Source: Carcharhinus amblyrhynchos (Eukaryota). From it: a DNA stretch of 64,000 nucleotides. The position numbers were made by a program, and so were the translations under genes. How positions within the stretch are numbered: the stretch's first letter is position 1; each line of letters opens with the position of its first letter. Location of the stretch: assembly GCA_965287045.1 (NCBI GenBank), contig OZ336881.1:63736001-63800000 (forward strand). The letters are read 5' to 3'. This document shows, in pieces, positions 53,226 through 64,000 of the stretch. The notes beneath the pieces are model-generated. The model made no database searches and was not told the origin of the DNA. It worked only from the letters and a program-made list of their open reading frames with translations.

Positions 53226-56200
53226 GGTAAGTCAGAAAGCCTTCTCTCATTCCATGTTTTCTCCAATTTCGAGTGTAAATTCCACATAATTAATAACAAT
53301 CAAGGAACACTCAAGATAAATCCTATCTAAAGTAACGTTGACGTCATATCAATAGTTACATCCTTTGAAGAAAGTCGAATAGTTTTGCAATTTCACATTT
53401 AGTTGTATCTAAAGCTTTGAATCAGTTACTTCCATGAATCAATTACTTCCCCACAACCTCCCCCCCACCCCGCCCAAAAAAAGAAAGGTGTAAGAATAGA
53501 GAAAATGTCCACACACACGATTAAACTATTTAGGAAATAAGCAGGCCCACAACATTTATGGTTCAATGCATGACAATGGCTTTTGGGGTGACATTTAATG
53601 TTTGAAAAAAAATTAAACATGTTCCAATTTTAGTGCTCAAAGTTTGAGTTCTTGCAAGTTCTCCCTACAAATAGTTTTAAAAGGTTTGTCAATAGTAAAA
53701 AGGTCTTTATCGTATTCAGTACTTACTGATATCAGAAATGAATAGTGATTTGGAAATAAATAAATACATCAAAAATAGTTTTTTTTTGGACAATTCATGC
53801 TATGCTTGAGAAGGATTCTTCCATGTGCAGCCAAGATTTGATCTTTGACCTATAATAGTAGGTGCTGATATTCAGAATCTCTTAATAGACTGCTCTGGTT
53901 CAATAATGTCTGATTTTCTGCTGTGATTCAAAGCTGTCAGGATCCTTGGAGAAAAGAGTTGCTTGTATAGTTCAACCATATCAGCACAAAACTGAAGAAT
54001 CAGAAAGTAATCTAACAGTGACTTTATAGTATTGACAGTCTCAGGCCATTATTTCTAAGTGCTTTGACACTACTGAAGTGCATTCAATGACAGATGTGTA
54101 GTTTTTTTCTCTGTTAACTGCGCAAAATGCAACACAGAAACAAGAAATAAGATATGTTCAAGCTATTGGAATATTCTACAGGCCTCCAAATATCTTGTGA
54201 GGGAGAAAGAGAGGAGCAAATCTGCAAGAAAATCACAGAGGTATGCAAGAACTATAGAGTGGGGACATTGGGGGACTTCAATTACCCAAATATTGATTGG
54301 GATAACATTAGACGGAAATGAAAGAGAGGAATTTCTGAAATGTGTTCAGGAAAACTTCCTCAACCAATGCATTTTGAGATCAATTAGCAAGGGGACTTGC
54401 TAGGTCTGGTACTGGGGAATGAGATGGGACAAATGGATAAACTGTCTATGGGAAATCACTTTGGTAAGAATGAACATTGTGTCATAAGTCTTAGATTTGT
54501 GATGGGGAAGAGCAAGGAACAATCTAAAGGAGAACTTCTAAATTAAAAGAGGGCTAACTTCCATGGGATGATTGTTTGATCCGTGGTAAATGGAAGTGGA
54601 GACCAAAAGAATAAATGCAATGGAACAATTACATAAGATATGCAGCACAGAAATAATCCATTCAACCCAACCAGGTCATGGCTGTATTTATAGTCCATTA
54701 AAGCCTCCACCCATATTTCCTCATCTAAATTGATCATCACAATCCTTGATTCCCTTCTCCCTCATATGTCTGTCTAGTTTGCCTTTAAAGGCATCAATGC
54801 TATTCATTTCAACCATTCCCCGTCCTAGTGAGTCCAATTCTCACCACTCTTTGGGTAAAGAAGTTTGTTTTGAATTTGCTGCTGGATTTCTTGGCAACTA
54901 TCTCATAAGTATTCCTTAGGGAGGAGATACTTTAGGTACCAGTTATATCCATTCCAACTAGGGAGGAAGGTGCTGGAACAAAAGCAAATGTTCCTAGGAC
55001 AACAAAGGTGATGGCAACAATGATGAAAAGAAGGAAAGAATGGATGATGCATATCAGGTGAATTCATCAAGTCAGAGCCAAGCCAAATACGATATATTGA
55101 GAATAGATGTGAAGAGGAAGATAAAACTATCAAAGAAAGAATAGGAGAATAGAATGACAGTTAACATAAAAAGGAACAGAAAGATCATCTCCCAATATGT
55201 AAATAATAAGTAGCAAGTGGCAGGGTGGGACCTTTTAGAGATAAGTAAGGTAATATATACTCAGCGGCACAGAGCAAAACTAGAATACTGAATGAATACT
55301 TTGTATTGCTGTTTACTTAAGAAGAGGATTCTAACAAAATATTGATAGAAGCAGACATAGTAGAGGTAATGGATGAGTTGAACATCGTTGGGTAGGATGA
55401 ACTGGGTTACTCAGAGTGGACAAATTGCCTGGTCTGGATAGCTTGCATTCTGGTTGCTAAAGGAAATGGGGATGGAGATAACAGAAGGGCTGACCATTAT
55501 TTTCCAATTTTCCTTAGATATAAGAGAGGTGCCAGAGGTTTGGAGAGAAAGACAAAAGTGACACTCTTTTTTGAGAAAGGGCTGTTCTAGAAACTACACG
55601 CCAGTCAGTTTACCGTAGTGGTGGGTAAGGCTTGAGAAACAATAGTCAGGGGAAAAGTCAACTTGGAGAAGTTTGAGTTAATTAAGGACAGCCAGCACAG
55701 ATTTTTAAAAAGAAAATTGTGCTTGACTAATCTAATTGAATTTTTGATGAAGTAACAGAGTTGTTTCACTTACAGAAGTTGTCCGTATGGATTTAAGTAA
55801 GGGTCGACAAAGTACCATATTAAAGGCTGGTTAACAGTTGAGGCTCACAGACTGGTGGGACCAATGAGACCTTGCATAAAAGAATTGGTTTCAGGACGGG
55901 AAAGAGCAAGTTGTGCTAAATGGTTGTTTTTCAGGCGAGAGGGCAGCAGACAGTGATGTTCTTCAAGGGTCAGTGCTAGGATCAATGATTTTTTGCTACA
56001 TGTAAATAACTCAACTATTGGAATACAAACAAAAATTTCAAAATTTGTTGTAATAACAAATTTGGAGATGTGGCAAATAGTAAGAGTAGTACCAATCATC
56101 TAAAACAGTATATAGGTAGGCTGGCAGAAGGGACAGGTCAGTAGCAGCTGGAGCCTAACACAGAGGAGTGTGAAGTGTTGTATTTTGGCAGAGGGATAGA

Positions 56201-56337
56201 ATGAGGCAATATACACTTAATGACATCATTCTAAAGAATACAGAAACAGAGGGGACCAATGATGTTCATGTGCCTAAATCCTTGAAGATAGCAGGGCATA
56301 TCCAAAGAACAATTAGCGAAGCATATGGGACCTTGGA

Positions 56338-56388
56338 TAAAAATATAAAATGCTGGATAAACTTCAGCAAGTCTGACAGCATTGTGTG
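56338..56388 (-). mobile_element. PLE-derived family B, 3' part (5' part at 57501-57555)
   Basis: AAAATGCTGGA.AAACT.CAGCA.GTCTGACAGCAT is the reverse complement of 43418-43455. Confidence 0.65.
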
Positions 56389-56494
56389 GTGATGTGTGGA
56401 TCAACCAGAGTTTTATAAAGGTTCAGAATAACTTTCTTGCTTTGATACTCGATACCTTTTTTTAGGAAGACCAATATAGGAATTTAGGAAGACC

Positions 56495-57027
56495 TGCGCA
56501 AAGATATTTTGGCCTTGGAGGGAGTACAGAGGAGGTTTACTAGGCTGATACTGGAGTTGAGGGGGTTGAGCTATGAGGAGAGGCTGAATAAACTGGGCTT
56601 GTACTCGTTAGAGTTTAGAAGAATGAGGGGAGATCTCATTGAGACGTATAAGATGATGAATGGGATGGATAGGATAGAGGTGGAGAGACTCTTCCCGCTC
56701 AAAAAAGACAGTAGGACTAGGGGGCACAGCCTCAAGATAAAAGGGGGGCGGTTTAGAACGGAGTTGAGGAGGAACTTCTTCACTCAAAGGGTGGTGAATC
56801 TCTGGAATTCTCTGCCCGTTGAAGTGGTGGAGGCTGCCTCGCTAAATATTTTTAAGACGTGGGTTGATGGGTTTTTGATAAGAGAGGGGATTAAGGGTTA
56901 TGGGGAGAGGGCGGGAAAGTGGAACTGAGCAGCGACAGATCAGCCATGATCTTATTGAATGGTGGGGCAGGCTCGAAGGGCTAGATGGCCTACTCCTGCT
57001 CCTATTTCTTATGTTCTTATGTTCTTA
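56495..57027 (+). mobile_element. Young CR1 (HER1-like) 3' fragment with open ORF2 C-terminus
   Basis: ORF 56509-56928 (LEGVQRRFTRLI...SYEERL..LGLYSLEFRRMRGDLIETYK...RTRGHSLK...FFTQRVVNLWNSLP) and a (TTCTTATG)n tail. Confidence 0.93.
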
Positions 57028-57049
57028 TATATATACATACACCAATGTA

Positions 57050-57500
57050 TGATGTATGAGGAGAGATTGACTAAGTTAGAATTGTTTTCTCTGGAGTTCA
57101 GACGAATGAAGGGGGATCTCATAGAAACTTATAAAATTCTAACTGGACTAGACAGGATGGATGCAGGAAGGATGTTCCTGATTTGGGAGTGTCCTGAACC
57201 AGGTGTCACAGTCTAACGATATAGGATAGACCATTTAGGACGGAGATAAGAAGACACTTCTTCACCCAAAGAGTAGTAAGCCTGTGAAATTCATTACCAC
57301 AGGAACTATTTGATGCCAAAACATCAGATGTACGCAAGAGGTGGCTAGTTATAGCACTTGGGGCAAACAGAATCAAAGATCATGGGGAGAAAGTGGGATT
57401 GAGTTGAACAATCAGCCATGATCATGATGAATGGTAGAGCAGGTTCAAAGGACCAAATGGCCTCCTCCTGTCCCTATCTTCTATAATTCAATGTTTCCAT
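57050..57500 (+). mobile_element. CR1 3' fragment, different subfamily
   Basis: MYEERLTKLELFSLEFRRMKGDLIETYKILTGLDRMDAGRMF followed by a 3' UTR. Confidence 0.88.
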
Positions 57501-57555
57501 GGAGAGTAAAAGGAAATTAACATTTCACGTCCAATATGACTCTTCCTCAAAACTT
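57501..57555 (-). mobile_element. PLE-derived family B, 5' part with decayed hammerhead motif
   Basis: Minus strand reads AGTT-TTGAGGA-AGAGTC-ATATTG-GACGT-GAAA-TG-TT-AATT...CTCTCC. Confidence 0.55.
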
Positions 57556-57979
57556 GGGATCTTGGGATCTTCTTGGGATCTTGGTCTTCCTAAAGAAAGG
57601 TATTAAGTATCAAAGCAAGAAAGTTATTTTGAATGTTTATAAAACTCTGGTTGAGCCACAGCAAGAGTATTGCATCTTGTTCTAGTCACCACATTTTATA
57701 AAGGTGTAAAGATCCTTGAGAGGGTGTAGAAAAAAAAATCAGAGTGGTTCCAGGGATGAGAGACTTTGTCTACAAGGTTAAGTTGGAAAAGCTGATGTCA
57801 TTCACTTGGAGCAAAGAAGATTTAGGGAAGATCTGATAGAATATACAAGATTATGAAAGGTTCAGATAAGGCAGATAAAGAAAAGCCATTAACTGATCAT
57901 ACAAGGAATTGGAGGTTTAAGATTTTTGACAAAAAATGCAGGGTCGTTGATGTAGATGTGAGGAAGAACTTTATTATGC

Positions 57980-58835
57980 TTTTTCTTTATTCTTTGATGG
58001 GATGTGCATGTCACAGGCCAGTATTTGTTGCCTATCACTAATTGCCCTTGAACTGGATGGCTTGCTCAGCCATTTCAGAAGTCAAGTAAGAGTCAACCAT
58101 AGTGCTCTGGTTCTGGAGTAGGCCAAACCAGCTTAGGATGGCAGAGCTGAGATGAGGGGGTTGGACTATGAAGAGAGACTAAATAGACTAGGTCTGTACT
58201 CGTTGGAGTTTAGAGGATGAGGGGGGATCTTATAGAGACGTATAAGATAATGAAGGGGATGGATAGGGTAGAGGTAGAGAGATTCTTCCTGCTTAGAAAG
58301 GATAGCAGAACTAGAGGGCACAGCCTCAAGATAAGGGGGGGGGCAGTTTAGATTGGAGTTGAGGAGGAACTTCTTCACTCAAAGGGTGGTGAATCTCTGG
58401 AATTCTCTGCCCATTGAAGTGGTGGAGGCTACCTCGCTAAACATATTTAAGTCACGGGTGGATAGGTTTTTGACAGACAAGGGAATTAAGGGTTATGGGG
58501 AAAAAGCAGGAAAGTGGAAAAGAGCCACTTCAGATCAGCCATGATCTTATTGAATGGCGGGGCAGGCTCGAGGGGCTAGATGGCCTACTCCTGCTCCTAT
58601 TTCTTATGTTCTTATGTTCTTAGCTGCTTCCCTAAAAGACATCAGTGAACCTGATGAAGTTTTTATTATAATCGGTGATAGTTTCACGGTCACCATTACT
58701 GAATTTAACTTTCTATTTTGGATGTATTAACTGAATTCAAATTCCACCAGCTGCTCTGGTCAGAATGTTTCCGAAGCATTGGCCTGGGTTTCTGGATTAT
58801 TAGTCCAACACATTACCATTGTGCCACTGCCTCCC
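57980..58835 (-). mobile_element. tRNA-derived SINE split by a young CR1 insertion
   Basis: The minus-strand head GGGAGGCAGTGGCACAATGGTAATGTGTTGGACTAATAATCCAGA is A-box-like. The body GGTTCACTGATGTCTTTTAGGGAAG|CTGCCATCCT continues across the insertion, ending AAGGGCAATTAG...CACATCCCATCAAAGAATAAA. Confidence 0.7.
58146..58622 (+). mobile_element. Young CR1 3' fragment, close relative of 56495-57027
   Basis: Near-identical stretches (GAGTTGAGGAGGAACTTCTTCACTCAAAGGGTGGTGAATCTCTGGAATTCTCTGCCC), a (TTCTTATG)n tail and AGCTG at both junctions. Confidence 0.92.
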
Positions 58836-59158
58836 TGGCACTGAGTGGGAATGACCAAGAATTGGCATGACCTGGAATTGGCCACAAGGGCAGCGGAAGT
58901 TCAGACAGTTAATAATTTTAAAAGGAAATTGGAAGAGCATATAGGGGAAATAAACCTGTAGGGCTACAGGGAGGGGAGGAGGCTGGGGGTGTGGCAATGA
59001 CACTGCATGGGACGAATGGCTGAACGGCTGCTTTGTGTGATACAATGGCTAATGATGTGATAACATGCTTATCCCCAAATGTGCACTCAGATTACAATCA
59101 CTTATTTAACTAAAGTAAAAGCAGATAGCTAGTTCTATGGATCACCATATTATCAGTA

Positions 59159-59300
59159 AGAAGTCTCCACCTGATGAAGGAGCAGCGCTCCAGAAGCTAG
59201 TGGCATTTGCTACCAAATAAACCTGTTGGATTTTAACCTGGTGTTGTGAAACTTCTTACTGTGTTTACCCCAGTCCAATGGCGCATCTCCACATCACGAA
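59159..59300 (+). mobile_element. PLE-derived family A element with hammerhead motif and 16-bp TSD
   Basis: An inverted stub (AGT)AAGAAGTCT, then CAC-CUGAUGA-A-GGAGC-AGC-GCUCC-AGAA-GC-UA-GUG (59168-59202, GAAA altered to AGAA), the body and the tail. TSD CACCATATTATCAGTA at 59143-58 and 59301-16. Confidence 0.85.
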
Positions 59301-59349
59301 CACCATATTATCAGTAGTGCTTGACCAGATTACATAAGATTTATCACTG

Positions 59350-59480
59350 ACATGGATGTAAAATGGGAGTGTGGTTCACAAAGATTTATATAAATGTGCT
59401 TTATATGGCATAATGGGCAAATGGCAGACAGGTTGTGCTGTGGGTTGTGATTTGCATTGATCACTCGCAACAAAAGAACG
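59350..59480. promoter_or_regulatory. Candidate conserved non-coding element
   Basis: ACAAAG (Sox), GATTTAT, ATAATGG, CAAATG and octamer ATTTGCAT in a unique island between TEs. Confidence 0.3.
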
Positions 59481-60029
59481 CAAGTATTGGACAGGCAGGG
59501 AGCTCCAATCCCAGATGAACAATTTTTAACATAAAAAGAACACAGGCGACAACATCGCTACTCTTAGAACATTAAAGTGATTCCATAATGCTTGAAAAGT
59601 TCCCAGGAGATTCACTGGATTATCTGGGCACTGTTAAAATATGGCTTTTAATACACCATTGCAAAACCTAAGCAATATGATACCATCTATTTGAGGTGTT
59701 CTCACTTTAGTATGCCCAGGAGTGAGGATGTCAACCTGACTCCCAAATTACACAAACACTTTTGTTTTGGTGCGCATCCAAAAATGACTTTCATCAAGAC
59801 AGAAACTGTCATGTAATGACACTGTTGAAGAATAAATGGGAAGTAAACATTTTTTAATGGATTTTAAAAAATTATGATTGATCGCGTTTATAACTATATG
59901 CAATTATAAGTCAGCATGCAAATTGCAATGATCAAAACTGAATGCATTTCTCAATTTTTATTTGTAGTGGGTGGGTGTATATAATGCAACAACTTTTTGT
60001 GTGTTGAATCCCTTGTTCCAAGCATTCAA

Positions 60030-60915
60030 ACATATGAATTAGGAGCAGGAATAGGTCACTCAACCACTTGATCCTGCACCACCATTCAAAAAGTCATGGC
60101 TGATCTGATTATGACCTCAATTCTGTCCCTGCCTACTCTTGATAACCTTTTATCCCTTTGTTAATCAAGAGTCTATCCAGCATTAGAAATATTCAAAGAT
60201 TCACCATTCACTGCCTTTTGAGGAAAAGAGTTCCAAAGACTCATGGCCCTCTGTGAGAAAAACATTTCCTCATCTCTGTCTTAAATAAACAACTTTATTT
60301 TTAAACAGTGACACCTAGTTCTGGGTTCTCCCAAAAGTGGAAACATTCTCTCCCCATCCACTCTGTCAAGACCCCTCTGGATCTTAAAGGTTTCAATCTT
60401 ACTCTTTAAATTTCAGTGGGTACAAGTCCAGCCTATTCAACCAGCACAGTGGCACAGTAGTTAGCACTGCTGCCTCACAGCGCCAAGGACATGGGTTCAG
60501 TTCTGGCCTTGGGTCACTGTCAGTGTGGAGTTTGCACATTCTCCCTTTGTCTGCGTGGGCTTCTTCCAGGTGCTCTGGTTTCCTCCCACAGTCCAAAGAT
60601 GTGTGAGTTAGGTTGATTGGCTATGCTAATTTGCCCCTTAGTGTTAGGGACTAACAGTGCAAATATGTGGGGTAATGGGGGTAGGGTCTGAGTGGGATTG
60701 TTGACAGTGCAGGCTCGATGGGCCAAATGGCCTCCTTCTGCACTGTAGGGATTCTATGATTCTAACCTTTCCTCATAAGACAACCTTACCATTCCTGGTA
60801 TAAGCCTAGTAAACCTTCCCTGAACTGCTTCTAATGCATTTATTACCCTTAAGTAAGTGGACCTATACTCTACACTACTCCAGATGTGTTTTCATCAGAG
60901 CCCTATACAACTAAA
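60030..60915 (-). mobile_element. CR1 3' fragment interrupted by an HE1 SINE
   Basis: CATATGAATTAGGAGCAGGA.TAGG.CA...TCATGGCTGATCTG...GAGTTCCAAAGA...GCCTATTCAACC, resuming at CTTTCCTCATAAGACAACC. Confidence 0.85.
60442..60763 (+). mobile_element. Full-length HE1 V-SINE (tRNA-derived)
   Basis: A-box GTGGCACAGTAGTTAGC, B-box GGTTCAGTTC, V-domain GTGGAGTTTGCACATTCTCC...GGTTTCCTCCCACAGTCCAAAGATGTG, a CR1-like tail and a (GATTCTAT) end. Confidence 0.92.
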
Positions 60916-60999
60916 TGGCATTGTCATTTTTGAAAAATAAAGGCAATTATCTGTTTTAATCACAGTATCACCAAATTAGTACAGTTGGGCCAGTCAGGT

Positions 61000-61340
61000 C
61001 ATAGAATTATAGAATCCCTACAGTGTAGAAGGAGGTCATTTGACCATTCAGCCCATCGAGTCCACACTGATTCTCCAAAAGAGCATCTTATCGAGGCCCG
61101 ACACCCACCATGGCTTATCCACCTAACCTACAGATTCTAAGGGGCAATTTAGCGTGGCCAATCCACCTAACCTGCACATCTTATTACCATGAAAGGAAAT
61201 CACAGCACCTGGAGAAAACCCATGCTGACACTGAGAGAAAGTGCAGATTCCATACAGACAGTCACCTGAGGCCGGAATCAAACCCAGGTCCCTGGAACTG
61301 TGAGGCAGCAATGCTCACTATTGTGCCACCATACCACCCG
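61000..61340 (-). mobile_element. HE1 V-SINE
   Basis: Reverse complement of the 60442 copy, including the head GGGTGGTATGGTGGCACAATAGTGAGCATTGCTGCCTCACAG. Confidence 0.88.
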
Positions 61341-62149
61341 TACTAATGATCATTTTCTCGAAATCTATTGAGAACTACTTCCAGACCATCACAACACATC
61401 TTAAATGTTGCTTTCCCAGCTTTTTGCCTGAAAGGCTATTACATGAGATAACTATTCTATTTTTGTAGAATATTGTAGCCTTTTGCTCTTTCTCGCCCAC
61501 ACACTGCCTTTGCCCTATAGTTGCAATTGATAACATTTTGCCTGTGCAATTTCCTCTAAATATTATTATATATTAAAAGTACTGAGCAGATTCCAAAACT
61601 CAATCTGAAAAGATACTGTTAAGATTTATCAATGAGAAATCTTTTTTTTAAATTGTCAATATTTACTTGCCAGTTATAACATACGGGATCAGTTATGCCT
61701 GTAGGTGGGAATATGTTTGACCTGTCACTTAATATTAGCTTTATCACCTGCATAGTATTTTAGTTGGTTGAGAGCTTTTTCCCAGTCTAGAGAAGCAAAA
61801 TCACACCAATACTACCTCTATTCACTGACAGCCATTCACTTCTAATCAGAAACTCCTCGGATGTTCCTGTACTATTTGAAAATCAACACTTAGGTAACTT
61901 ATAAAGCTGACCCTTGACCTCTGTTTCTACTGCAATTTTGCCCATTGAGTCCATCAATCTATTCACTCTTCAGCCCGAACAGTATATCTATCACTGGCCA
62001 CACTATCCCATGGATGCTGCACTATATCACCAACCCAGTCTCCAGTCCCACCTCACTTTGACCAGACTGATGTTAGCATCCAGGCCAGAAACTCCAAGGT
62101 GTTTTATGAAGATAGTCTAGACCCTAAGTTTTATATTTGTTTTTGGCAC

Positions 62150-62843
62150 GGTGAAAATGAAATGTTTCACTCCTGGCATGATTCAAGTAACCCGCTAGGA
62201 AGGTTTTATCAAACAAAGTTTATTTAAGAACACAGTTGAATTATTATAAAAAGATTTAGCATAACTTTTACCAATTATAAGATTTAAACAAGATACAGTA
62301 TAAACCTTAACTGCTAGCTATCTATGTTGTTCCACGTCAAACACTACCTCACAGACATACACCCTTTTCTCGACTTGGCACAAAAAATAAGTATGTTCAC
62401 GTGATGCTGGTTTTGCAGCTTTTTAACATCTGCTTGAATTGATCCTTTGAATATTGGATGAAATCTCTGAGGCTTCCCAGTCTTGGATCTTTCAGAAAGC
62501 ATTGAGAGAGAGAAAGAGAGACTGCCTTCTTCTTCCAGCCTCTAGCAACAACTGGGAACCAAAACTAAAAACTAGGCTTTCCTGTGGAAAACACTAACCC
62601 CACTCATATCACCTGACTGTTAATCATCACCAAATCAAGTTCTAGTCAGCAATCCCCAAAGGACCATAAAACCCCAGAACAGAGCATTAGTCCAGATTAA
62701 AATCAACATGATATACTGCTTCAGCAGCAATAAAGGATACCGGTCACAGAAATCATGGCACCAATAAAATACTGGCGCTGGCTTGAAAAACCTGCAGAGA
62801 AGCACAATGAAAACATATTTCCCAAAGGCAAAGCATCATCACA
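62150..62843 (-). mobile_element. Probable solo LTR (~690 bp)
   Basis: The minus strand begins TGTGATGATG and ends ...CATTTTCAC(C), with AATAAA ~70 nt before the end. No convincing TSD. Confidence 0.4.
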
Positions 62844-62858
62844 CTGACTCAATGTCTG

Positions 62859-63008
62859 GTAAAAAGTCTGACAACACCAGGTTTTAATCCAACCGATTTA
62901 TTTGATAGTAAACGCACTTACTATCAAATAAATCAGTTGGATTAAAACCTGGTGTTGTCAGACTTTTTACTGTGTTTACTCCAGTCCAACGCCGGCATAC
63001 CCACATCA
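62859..63008 (+). mobile_element. PLE-derived family A element forming a 53-bp near-perfect hairpin plus tail
   Basis: Arms at 62859-62911 and 62918-62970 (1 mismatch), loop ACGCAC and a 38-nt tail. TSD TCAATGTCTGG/TCAATGTGTGG. Confidence 0.88.
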
Positions 63009-63319
63009 ATGTGTGGCCCCATGGCTTCTCTCCTACACTACCTAAGATATAGAACCACCCCACTGAACCTCTTATCAAGCCCAAATTTTTCCCACTCATA
63101 ATAGTATTGCCAATTTTCTCTGTCCTTTCTCTTCCTCTCCCATCCTCTGCTTTCTTTCTCCCTCTCAATTCTCTACCTCCTTCTATCTTGTCCCTAATTC
63201 CCATTACCTTTGTGAAGATACTATTTGGATATCATCCTATTATCTATTTGAAATCAGACAAAGAGAAACCCTAATTTGGGAAGGAAGAAATAAATGAGAG
63301 GGGAAAAAATGGTCATGTA

Positions 63320-63600
63320 TGTGTGGAGGGCTGCTTTTCCAATTTGAAAGAAGCCTGAGTAGGCAGTCCATCCATCTCTGTTCATTCAACACCCGAATTA
63401 GCCCAGATGCAGTGTTGTTTGATAGCATTAAATCATACATTAATTATATTCTGGAGCAGTTTATGTGCTTATGGTGATGTGTACTTGCCCATTCCACAAT
63501 CTGTTGTATTGCTAGGTCAATTCAAATGGTAATACTGTAACAAGAGTAGGTCACAGATGTCCCTGACAAATAATGAATAGTTAACGAGAAATCACAAGCT
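63320..63600. promoter_or_regulatory. Candidate distal conserved non-coding element
   Basis: TTAAATCA (PBX-HOX-like), ATTAATTA, ACAAT, CAGATG twice, AGGTCA half-sites twice and TGACA. Confidence 0.4.
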
Positions 63601-64000
63601 TTTCAGACAGGACACAGTCACGGCTTTCAAGGCTAAATAACTAGTATTCAGTTTTTTTTAATATTCTGTTTTCTTCAAAAAACCACTCTAACAGTTTTAG
63701 TAAATGTTGATGTTTCCCTTTAATCGCAAAATTGTCAGCGACACACTTCAAAGTGAATTGGAAATTAAAGAGGCATATTTCAGAAGTAAAGGTTCTCCAT
63801 TCTGTTAAATGCAGAGTTGGGGGAAGGGATTAGTAATTAGGCTTAATTATTATTCAAAAAGAAACAAAGGTGCTGGAACCAATTCATTTAGAGGTGTTAA
63901 TGTGTAAATAAAGTTGAGATTCTTTTAGGCTCACATATATTGGCATTTATTTAAATAGATTATTCTGTGCTGCCTTATTAAGCTGTAGTAACCAATTACC

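Larger units (their letters stand above)
54150..57975 (+). mobile_element. Long degenerate CR1 LINE (endonuclease and RT remnants) with multiple nested insertions
   Basis: Remnants of YRPP (TACAGGCCTCCA), GDFNYP (GGGGACTTCAATTACCCA), NYxPVSL (AACTACACGCCAGTCAGTTTA), CLTNLIEFFDEVT and QGSVLG, with many stops and frameshifts. A minus-strand CR1 3' fragment is inserted at ~54625-54905. Confidence 0.85.

Noticed and set aside
60442-60520. tRNA gene
   Set aside because: The A and B boxes belong to the tRNA-derived head of an HE1 SINE and there is no full cloverleaf.
62859-62970. Host pre-miRNA or a DNA-transposon MITE
   Set aside because: The sequence is a dispersed repeat with an asymmetric tail and long TSD, better explained as an inverted PLE-type insertion.

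Overview
This is eukaryotic genomic DNA from a cartilaginous fish, probably a carcharhiniform shark (inferred from HE1/V-SINE, DeuSINE, CR1 and Rex1-type repeats). The only host protein-coding gene is the homeobox gene six3 on the minus strand: exon 1 CDS 15500-14818, a 1804-bp GT-AG phase-2 intron, and exon 2 CDS 13013-12821, giving 291 aa. It sits in a CpG-rich domain (~5-24 kb) with no recognisable transposons and many blocks that look like conserved enhancers. Degenerate satellites flank this domain, and a TE-dense zone runs from ~43 to 63 kb. The most unusual signal is a family of short (~40-220 bp) non-coding insertions. They carry minimal type-I hammerhead ribozyme motifs, 5' inversions with a shared breakpoint, a ~35-38-nt unpaired tail and 11-16-bp target-site duplications, consistent with non-autonomous Penelope-like (PLE) retroelements. 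A second, more decayed hammerhead family is also present. Most other ORFs in the track are repeat or antisense artefacts. Enhancer calls and TE family names come from pattern recognition and recall, not from alignments or database searches, and TE boundaries are approximate.
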